Of a DNA stretch of 19,504 nucleotides, positions 9,487-19,504 are shown piece after piece. Location: NCBI GenBank assembly GCA_043228905.1, contig JBHGNT010000602.1:1-19504 (forward strand), written 5' to 3'. The notes beneath the pieces are model-generated. The model was not told the DNA's origin. It made no database searches and was given only the letters and a program-made list of their open reading frames with translations. The DNA comes from Azolla caroliniana (Eukaryota; Plantae; Polypodiophyta). Numbering within the stretch: the first letter of the stretch is position 1; the number at the start of each line of letters is the position of its first letter. A program made the translations under genes and the position numbers.

Positions 9487-12400
9487 CTACCTCGGTTAAA
9501 AATTTTACAATTAATTACCATTTAAAGTGCCCTAGATGAAAAAAAAAGTAATTGGGTATCCCTGTTGAAAACAGAGGACAACATGTTGCAATATTTAGTT
9601 CTGTATGGTTTTGTTTACTCCATTATTACTAATTTAATAATAAAATTATTATAGTATAGTTACATCCTCCAAAAGTTTTGGTTTTTGAATCCTGATTTTC
9701 TTTTGCATCTTCAACTGCATTTAAATTTTAATACATATTTACGTTGTATTTTAATTACTGTTTTTGCAACCTAAAGAATATTTTATTATTACAATAAATC
9801 TTATTATCTTTTTAACTAAATATTTGTAAAAAATCTTTACCCAAAAGTTGTAATTTTGCCACTTAAAAAACTGGTTTTAAAAACCGTTTGAGCAAAAAAA
9901 AAGGGACACTAATATCCTCTGACGAGAATAAACGATGTAACTGACAATCACTTAACCATTTTGAGTTTGTGTCTAAAAGCTAAGACTCATCGCTAATATA
10001 TTTTGATTGGATAATAAAGCAGCGCTTGACCGCGCCTGAATTTCCCGTCGATACGAAAAATGAAAAAAAAAGCAACCCCCGGTAAATATCCCGAAAGGAA
10101 AGCGGCTAAACACCAACAAATGACGAAGGGTCAGATTTACAATCGTGATAAAAAAACAGCTTATAAAAAGGAACTATTTTTGGCGTTCATCCAGTTCATC
10201 AATTAGGTATACAATCGGGTTAAGAAGTGTAGGCTGTTTTTTTTGAAAGATGCTTTCGTTTATTAAGATGAAAAAAACACACTGCCAGGGGATGTTGATA
10301 AGGTAGAGGGAGGTAAGAAAATAGGACCCTTTTTAAGGTACAGAGTATCACAGCTTCATATTTTTTACAGATTTTCTTAAGGTCACTTTAAAATCACTTG
10401 ACCAATTTGAATTGAATTTAATACCCAGTCATTGCACCATTGTCTATTAGATTTAATAAAAGTTACTGCATAACGTAGATTCTGCTGCTTAACATCTGAT
10501 ATAAAGGTCTTAGGCATTAAACAATAAAGAACCATAATTTGCGTGTAGCTTGAATTAAATAACATCAAATTTATAAATGCTTTTTCTTATCTAGATTAAA
10601 AACATGAAACTTGACTTTGTCCTAAAGGTCAAGTTTATTCGCAACCCCTTATTACGCTAAATATTACGTTATGGTGGTTAGATGAATAGTTTTTGTAATT
10701 TTGCGAATTTGCTAAAACGACTCCAGCATGCTTTTTTATATTGGTATAATTTTTCATAAGTGCCGCTTAGTCAAAAAGTTAGCTAAACTTTTCGTATACT
10801 TCAGTGGTCTATTCTTGGAACCTCGCAATTCATTAATTTTGCCAATAACTTACTTAAGCAACTTTTTCAGTAATTTACCTGTTGTTTTATTTTTAATAAT
10901 ATAAATTATCGACTAGCTGAGAAAAACCCTAGACTAGTGTTTTCTAAGACTTCTGGATCGAAAAAAATAAGCTTGTGGTCACTTATCGATCACTTAAGTC
11001 AAATATTGTCATAGACATCGATTACTTATGCAAAAAATTATCGACTGTGTTTCAGTTTAAAAATAATTTTAAACGAGGGTAGGGGATCTATTATAAAGAT
11101 TATATACTATGGCCAATTTTATTCTCACTTAAAATACGTCATAAATGTAAATGGGGTGTTTTTTAACTTTAAGGTTTGTTTCAACAGCCTTGGTAATAAT
11201 TAAAATTAACTAGAAACTAGCTTCTAGCCTTTCTTGCAAACGTATTTTGCATATTCTTTTAGAACATTCACTATTTATCCAACATATTTTTGAGTTTAAA
11301 CTTTTCAGTTGAATTTTACAACGCATATGGCAACAGTTTTGTAGCTAATTTACATAAAATCAATTCGCGTTTCATTAACCTAAATTTCGTGTTCAATTTT
11401 ATATTACTTAAATTTGCATTAAGTGATTGCATTGAGTGAAAAAAATCTTAAATTATCATTTAAAGTAGAAAGGATTACGGTTAGAAAGATTTTTAAAGAA
11501 ATCCCTAAAAATAACAATATGTTAAGTGTGCTTTAATAACAGAATCATGCAAGCATTTGCGTAAATAAATCCGGATCTGGTGTAGAAAGATAACACGCCC
11601 AAGGAAAAATATCAATACTAAATAATTATTACTACTACTTACCACAAGTATTACCTAAAGAAGATTGAGATATTCTAGATAAAAACCCAGACGAGGGAAG
11701 GAATGGAATAAGCAAGCGGTTAAAGAAAAATATGGAATTAACAAAATTCAAGAAACAGGTCCACTGCAATGATTGAATCAAATAAATAAAAAATGAAGAC
11801 CACCTGGCATCGGCTACTACTACAACCATTTAAAAATAAAAGATATAAAATTGTATTTTAGAAAAATGACCTAAAAATGTTCCTGTTATAAAGTGTTAAA
11901 GATTAAAATAAATTTGGATCATAGTTCTATTTACTGGTCGACAATCTTCGGCCATAAAACTGACTTGATTCTTGCCATTGGTTCTTGGTTTGGTCCAACC
12001 TTTCCTAGTGTATTCAACTAATCACTTGTAAACCCTCTTGTTCTTTTTTCTTTTTATCTCTAAACATAGGCAGATGTTTTATTTTAAAGAAGTAAACATT
12101 GAAAACAATTAAAAACTGTTTAAGGTTTAAAATATGGGATGCCTAATTTGGAATGTGCAGTCTTTTTGCCTGATTGTATGGTTCGCAAAACTGAACTTAA
12201 GTTTGTCTAATTTTGTTCTTATATTTAATGTATTTAGGACTCTTAGACGTAATGGTCTTTAGCTTATCAGTAGTTTAATTTTTATTTTGAGATATTTAAA
12301 AAATATATATCTTGGATTCTTTAACACTTAACACTAAAAGTATTTGGTTATTTGGGAAATAATCATCTCAAATTTAAAACTGAAAAAAAAAGCTTTATTT

Positions 12401-13117
12401 AGGAGGATGTTGTTTATACTTTAAGCATAAAATTCCGTTTATTTGTACTTCATATCATATACAACAAACTGGGTCAGAGTAAAATCAAACGTCAGATCCG
12501 TAAAGGATTTTCCAATAAACCTTTTTAGATATGCCCTAATTAAAAGTAAAGAGCTAATTCGATAAGAAGAACAAAGGAAGTTCGTTATTAAGAATCCCCT
12601 CCAACCGTTCGAGTTGTCGTAATCCCGAACAGGTTGCAAAGGGTTGGGAATTAAATTTAATTGAGAACAATTAAACCTCAGTGACATAATTTTCAAGTCG
12701 ACTAGTTTAAAATCGTTTTGTTTCTGTTTGGCGAAAATTATTTTATTAAATATTAAGATTAAATATGTTATACATATTAAAATTGAAAAAACAATATTTG
12801 TCTAAATAATAATAAAGAATAATTTTCGTTTTATTCGATCAAATATCAATATTAAAAATTACTTTTGTAGGTCTAAAAAGAGAATAAACTAATTAACTTC
12901 ATCATTCTATATACAAATGTCAACTTTGTCAAAAAAATCGCTATCTATTATTTTTTCACTACCTTTGAACTCTCGTACCTTCCTTAATAGCCAAGATATT
13001 AATTTGAAATTTGGAAATGTACTTTAATCTTTTTTTAAGCGAGTCCCACAAACCGATTTCAACTAAATATTGTAGTATTTAATTATTTTTGTAAAGGTTT
13101 GCACTTTCGCAATTTTT

Positions 13118-15665
13118 CACTACCTTTGACTTTGAGCTCTCGTATCTTCTTTAATAGCAAAGGTACCAATTTGAAAATTGGATATGTTGTACTTTATTGT
13201 ATTTTTGAGCAAGACACATAAACCGATTTGAGCTAAATATTTTAGTTTTTTATTAGAACGATTTTTATAGAGGTTTGCACTATCGCGCGAGTAATTTTAC
13301 ACTACATTTGACTTGGAGCTCTCGTATCTTGCTTAATAGCAAAGGTACCAATTTGAAAATTGGATATGTTGTACTTTATTGTATTTTTGAGCAAGACACA
13401 TAAACCGATTTGAGCTAAATATGTTAGTTTTTTATTAGAACGATTTTTGTAGAGGTTTGCATTTTCGCGCGAGCAATTTTTCACTACCTTTGGCTTTGAG
13501 CTCTCGTATCTTGCTTAATAGCAAAGGTACCAATTTGAAAATTGGATATGTTGTACTTTATTGTATTTTTGAGCAAGACACATAAACCGATTTGAGCTAA
13601 ATATGTTAGTTTTTTATTAGAACGATTTTTGTAGAGGTTTGCATTTTCGCGCGAGCAATTTTTCACTACCTTTGACTTTGAGCTCTCGTATCTTCCTTAA
13701 TAGCAAAGGTACCAATTTGAAAATTGGATATGTTGTACTTTATTGTATTTTTGAGCAAGACACATAAACCGATTTGAGCTAAAAATGTTAGTTTTTTATA
13801 AGAACGATTTTTGTAGAGGTTTGCACTTAGGCGCGAGCAATTTTTCACTACATTTGACTTTGAGCTCTCGTATCTTCCTTAATAGCAAAGATACCAATTT
13901 GAAAATTGGATATGTTCTACTTTATTGTATTTTTGAGCAAGACACATAAACCGATTTGAGCTAAATATGTTAGTTTTTTATTAGAACGATTTTTATAGAG
14001 GTTTGCACTATCGCGCGAGTAATTTTACACTACATTTGACTTGGAGCTCTCGTATCTTGCTTAATAGCAAAGGTACCAATTTGAAAATTGGATATGTTGT
14101 ACTTTATTGTATTTTTGAGCAAGACACATAAACCGATTTGAGCTAAAAATGTTAGTTTTTTATAAGAACGATTTTTGTAGAGGTTTGCACTTAGGCGCGA
14201 GCAATTTTTCACTACATTTGACTTTGAGCTCTCGTATCTTCCTTAATAGCAAAGATACCAATTTGAAAATTGGATATGTTCTACTTTATTGTATTTTTGA
14301 GCAAGACACATAAACCGATTTGAGCTAAATATGTTAGTTTTTTATTAGAACGATTTTTATAGAGGTTTGCACTATCGCGCGAGTAATTTTACACTACATT
14401 TGACTTGGAGCTCTCGTATCTTGCTTAATAGCAAAGGTACCAATTTGAAAATTGGATATGTTGTACTTTATTGTATTTTTGAGCAAGACACATAAACCGA
14501 TTTGAGCTAAATATGTTAGTTTTTTATTAGAACGATTTTTGTAGAGGTTTGCATTTTCGCGCGAGCAATTTTTCACTACCTTTGACTTTGAGCTCTCGTA
14601 TCTTGCTTAATAGCAAAGGTACCAATTTGAAAATTGGATATGTTGTACTTTATTGTATTTTTGAGCAAGACACATAAACCGATGTGAGCTAATTATTTTA
14701 GTTTTTTATTAGAACGATTTTTGTAGAGGTTTGCACTATCGCGCGAGAAATTTTACACTACATTTGATTTGGAGCTCTCGTATCTTGCTTAATAGCAAAG
14801 GTACCAATTTGAAAATTGGATATGTTGTACTTTATTGTATTTTTGAGCAAGACACATAAACCGATTTGAGCTAAATATGTTAGTTTTTTATTAGAACGAT
14901 TTTTGTAGAGGTTTGCATTTTCGCGCGAGCAATTTTTCACTACCTTTGACTTTGAGCTCTCGTATCTTGCTTAATAGCAAAGGTACCAATTTGAAAATTG
15001 GATATGTTGTACTTTATTGTATTTTTGAGCAAGACACATAAACCGATTTGAGCTAAATATGTTAGTTTTTTATTAGAACGATTTTTGTAGAGGTTTGCAT
15101 TTTCGCGCGAGCAATTTTTCACTACCTTTGACTTTGAGCTCTCGTATCTTCCTTAATAGCAAAGGTACCAATTTGAAAATTGGATATGTTGTACTTTATT
15201 GTATTTTTGAGCAAGACACATAAACCGATGTGAGCTAATTATTTTAGTTTTTTATTAGAACGATTTTTGTAGAGGTTTGCACTATCGCGCGAGAAATTTT
15301 ACACTACATTTGATTTGGAGCTCTCGTATCTTGCTTAATAGCAAAGGTACCAATTTGAAAATTGGATATGTTGTACTTTATTGTATTTTTGAGCAAGACA
15401 CATAAACCGATTTGAGCTAAATATGTTAGTTTTTTATAAGAACGATTTTTGTAGAGGTTTGCACTTAGGCGCGAGCAATTTTTCACTACATTTGACTTTG
15501 AGCTCTCGTATCTTCCTTAATAGCAAAGATACCAATTTGAAAATTGGATATGTTGTACTTTATTGTATTTTTGAGCAAGACACATAAACCGATTTGAGCT
15601 AAATATGTTAGTTTTTTATTAGAACGATTTTTGTAGAGGTTTGCATTTTCGCGCGAGCAATTTTT
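13118..15665. repeat. 182-bp tandem repeat array, 14 complete high-identity units, inside the ZDHHC intron
   Basis: CACTAC(C/A)TTTG unit start recurs at 13118, 13300, 13482 ... 15484, 15666, always 182 apart; differences are substitutions only. Degenerate edge units at ~12957-13117 and 15666-~15855. Confidence 0.98.
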
Positions 15666-15704
15666 CACTACCTTTGACTTTGAGCTCTCGTATCCTCCCT
15701 AATA

Positions 15705-15706
<2 letters not shown>

Positions 15707-15770
<64 letters not shown>
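15707..15770. repeat. (AT)32 microsatellite
   Basis: 64 nt uninterrupted AT run inside the last degenerate array unit. Confidence 0.98.
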
Positions 15771-15772
<2 letters not shown>

Positions 15773-16168
15773 ATTTAAAATTTAGATATATCGTACTTTA
15801 ATCCATCCCTAAGCGAGACACATAAATCGATTTAAGCTATATATTTTATTTTTTTAAAGTTTTACTAATTTTGTTGTAACATCATCTAAATGGATTAAGT
15901 ATCATAAAGGTGCTTGGAATTTACTTTATGAGGAGTTTCATTTTTATTTAGAGATATTTTGGAGAAAAATATCTTAGATCTTTTAGCATTCAACACTAAA
16001 TGTAATTGGCGGTTTGAGAAATAATCATGGTAAAAGATTTTCCATAGGAATATCTCAAGTTAGTTTAGATGTTAAGTATAAAATTCCGAAAACGCACGTA
16101 TTTGCAGAAAGTACGACGCATATAGGATAGAATAGGTTCTAGAGTAAAACGATCGACACTTTTTTCAG

Positions 16169-16467
16169 GACGAACCGACCAAACAAAACACAACCTCACC
16201 ATTACCGTTTCCATCTTCACTTCCGTCTAGCGACGCCGCGTTTTTGGCTATAGTAGCGGCCCTAGGACTACTAGCAGCTGTAACCGCAGGTCTTCTTCTT
16301 CACCTCTGCTTTTTTCACATCTACATATCATTTCTGGGATTGACGACCTACGAATACATCCGACAACAGCGCCAGGTGCAGTCCCAGCCAATAGCGTCTC
16401 GACAAAGTCAGGTAGCAAGTCTGGAGGGGGTAGAGACTGAGAGGAATAATTCTACTTTAAGGCATAG
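16169..16467 (+). CDS. ZDHHC1/11: DHHC palmitoyltransferase exon C (loop, TM4, TTxE motif)
   Basis: ttttttcag acceptor ending 16168, phase 0 matching exon B; DEPTKQNTTSPLPFPSSLPSSDAAFLAIVAALGLLAAVTAGLLLHLCFFHIYISFLGLTTYEYIRQQR...; HL..FHIY...G.TTYEY is the conserved post-TM4 motif. Donor AG|gtatac at 16468, phase 2. Confidence 0.93.
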
Positions 16468-16994
16468 GTATACTATTTAATATTTTTAAGATTCTTATAC
16501 ACAATTATTTAGATTTACCAAAATGTCTTGACACTAAAAAGGTGATCTCAAACATTCGTCCGAACAAGAAGAGACTTACCAAATGAACCTTTCTATATAA
16601 TATATGTTCGTTTATTTCCCATATTAAGTAAAGCTAAATGTCAAAGTTTTAAACAGTACTACTTATAACACCCATCAAAGCGATCGTTATCTATATATTA
16701 GAAACTATTCTTGGTGTTAAGCATTGCAAAGCTAAGCTGGCTGTAACTTTTGATATTTTACTTTAATTCACACCCTAGAAAGCATCACCACCTTAACTGC
16801 TCTGAGAATTGTTTTTTTTTCCTGTCGAATACTTTCTAGTTTGATTAAACAACTCATATATAAAAAACAAAAATGCACAAATAAAAAAACAGTAAGTATG
16901 ATTGCTGGTGTCACAAAACCAACCCTCATACCTAATCCAGAGAAATAGATTATTATAAGATATACAGGTGGTTGCCATTTTTGTTTTATTTTAG

Positions 16995-17148
16995 GCCGGT
17001 TAATTTGCAGTGTGAAGGTCGAACAAGAACTACTTTTTTCAGTTGCACAGTTTTAGAAGAGACTTTTGCTAATTGCAACGCAGAACCGACACCAACGCCT
17101 CCAAGTACTCCACAGGATTGTCAGATGTGCGTTATGAGTAACAATTCG
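16995..17148 (+). CDS. ZDHHC1/11: Probable exon D of the same gene (cytoplasmic C-terminal tail); gene probably continues downstream
   Basis: ttttattttag acceptor ending 16994; AG+G gives Arg in frame with exon C; PVNLQCEGRTRTTFFSCTVLEETFANCNAEPTPTPPSTPQDCQMCVMSNNS; strong donor TCG|gtaaga at 17149. No recognised domain, so support is splice signals, phase and composition. Confidence 0.78.
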
Positions 17149-17234
17149 GTAAGAAAATAATTATTATTTACTCAAGTAATACCAGACCAAAAGAAAATCT
17201 GCTATGAATTTTTGAATTTCGAATGAAAAATTGT

Positions 17235-17417
17235 AAAGTCGGATCGAAAGGTATCACCAATCTTGACATAAGCGAAGAACTAGTTTTGTTAGTCACGCCG
17301 CTAACATGGATGGCGCTTTGAACTAATTTTGTGGTTTGATGCCAACAAAATCTACTTAAGTTATGGGCGAAAACAAGGTCTGTGACACCGTTTGATTCGA
17401 CTTTGGAATTGTTGCTA
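17235..17417. repeat. Diverged member of the dispersed family with imperfect inverted ends
   Basis: Core GATGGCGC...AACTAATTTTGTGGTTTGATGCCAACAAAA shared with 1149-1202; 17235-17257 and 17382-17404 form a 23-bp inverted repeat with 4 mismatches. Confidence 0.65.
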
Positions 17418-19504
17418 CGGCCGGCCTTTCCAGATTCTGATTTCGGTCGCTTACGGTGGGACTAAACGATTTTATTTTTTAGAAATAAAGGAGTGCGGAC
17501 ACGGTTATGAAATAATTAATAATCTAAAAAATGTAAGATGAATATTACGTTTTATTACAACATGCTTGATTCTTAAACGAGATCTCTAAATAATTTTTAT
17601 TAAGAGTCTACAAAAACGAAAAGTAGGTTTTAAAAATCCAATTACCGGTTCACTTTATTTTAATTTTATAATATTCTTGTATAAAACATAAATTAAAAAA
17701 AAAATAAGATACAATGTATTGCTCTTTGCATTACTCCCAACTGTTCAGAACTTCTTTTTGCAATCGCTTCTAAACTGTATGTCGATATCGTCAATATACA
17801 AGTATCGAAATACCATTTAATGCATTACATAGTATTAATCGCTAAGCTCCAAGGGAAAATATACTTTAGCTTTATTTAATTAGCAAAAACAAAATATTTA
17901 AAGAATCTTTGCCAATCTTGCTTTCCTTTCCGGATTGAAAATCTCGATCCACAATAAATAATTAATTGAGGGTAAGTCCACGCGCTTATAAGCCGTTCAT
18001 TTAATTAATAGTGCGAATAGAGCAATTTTGAAGCTTCCGGAGTTAAACTGCCTTATAGTCATATTTAATTACCACTCCAGCTATAATTAAATTTTAATGG
18101 AGCGAACCCCATTTTTTACATTCTTAAGTAGCTTTTAATTTATTTTTTGTTAAACTAAAATCATCTTTTTGTGCCATAGTTGGATCACCAAAGGCTTTCT
18201 GCTTTCCGTTTTTAAAAATATATAATTTTAGATCTTCGGTAAGTTTTATAGACGCTTCCTATTAAATATTCATAATTATGGATCGATAAAATTTTCTAAT
18301 TATATTTATGTGGTTTTACCGTAATGTTCCAAAGGTCAAAAGTGATTTAATTAAAATACGTATCAAACCTAAAACTGTTTCGCGTTCAATATGAGAGTGG
18401 GTGATATTTTAAAAATAGAATATATGCAATAGAATAAAATAGGACAAGCCCACTTACTGTTCCATGTTAAAACTTTGCTCTGTATGTTTGTACTAAAACA
18501 TTTAGAGGAAAATGGAATGGAAAATACATTTTTAAAATAAAATTGTAACAAGCAAATATGTTACTGTTAGAAGTATTATAGCATGTATGTAAATATGTCA
18601 ATAGATGATATCGGAAGGATTGGTTTAACAAACTTCAGATATTATCTCATCATCGGAGCAAATACTTGTACTGTATGAGCAGGGGGTTTTTTTCTTATAA
18701 GCAATTCCTTATCCCTAATCTTTTTTTTTAATCTCAAAGCCATAACATATAACTGTAATTTTATTTAGGGTTTTATTTTTTTTGTAGTTCGTGATTGATT
18801 CCATACTAAACTGATCTATTGACCTATTTAACAAGAATACGTTGGGCCGTCCTAATTTTTTGAATATAAAAAAGAAAGTATTCTGTAGGGCTAAGACTCC
18901 TTACAATACATCCCATCCATTTCCCAAAGTTTCAGATACTTCCCATGCGTTTAGAACATCAAGAATTTTGATCCATTAAAAATATTAGTAAAGTATTTAC
19001 CATATTAAAGTTAGTCTTTAATCGAAATATTTCTTGAACATTAAAATCACCATACTTAATGTTATATAACTTATATTTTTTCGATATCTTTTGCTACTAG
19101 GAATGTCCCTAGACATATAAAATAGAACGAATATTCACATTGTAGTGTCACAATTCTTAGTTTTTGCAACACTGTCTCGTTTCCACTGCTGTTAAGGACA
19201 CCCTGTATCTTTGTAGTTCGTAGTAAAAATAACTGATTTTTTTCTAAAGAAACCATGTTTTACGTAATAAACAAGTTAAATCACTAAATCTAAACAATTT
19301 AGGGATTTGATTTGCAATCAACTAACCGAACAATCAGCATAAAGCGCCCTGTAAATTAATTACGGTTCCCTTTTAATTGGATTAAATCTACAGCATGTGC
19401 ACTTTAATTAAATTTGTTGTACATAAATCATTTGCGGTAATAAAATTGTACAATTTTATTAAAATAGATGACATAATGTTTTAGTAAAACAAATAAATTT
19501 GCTT

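Noticed and set aside
13118-15665. CRISPR-like array
   Set aside because: Whole units repeat with no unique spacers; no cas genes; spliced eukaryotic context.
13302-15668. Chain of near-identical 60-aa minus-strand ORFs with overlapping stop and start
   Set aside because: A consequence of the 182-bp period; starts are GTG, several units carry internal stops, no recognisable domain, eukaryotic intron.
18788-18814. Possible terminal ZDHHC exon after ttttgtag (FVIDSILN-stop)
   Set aside because: Phase fits, but it is very short with no homology support; such acceptor-like sites are common here.

Overview
AT-rich eukaryotic genomic DNA, most likely insect (inferred from composition, undepleted CpG and repeat types). 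The window holds four internal, phase-compatible + strand exons of a DHHC palmitoyltransferase of the ZDHHC1/ZDHHC11 type (6584-6762, 7270-7471, 16169-16467, 16995-17148); its start and stop were not found here. Non-exonic DNA carries a decayed non-LTR retrotransposon 3' fragment (RNase H plus CCHC knuckle, minus strand, ~1400-2330), a homogeneous 182-bp tandem array (14 full units, 13118-15665) with a diverged relative at ~2735-3240, and a rearranged dispersed repeat family. The most notable signal is in that family: three minimal type I hammerhead-ribozyme-like motifs (CUGAUGA-stem II-GAAA-CCGG-UA) at 8465-8923, one with an intact core, arranged as inverted and tandem partial copies as in Penelope-like retroelements, inside the 8.7-kb ZDHHC intron. 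All alignments were done by eye.
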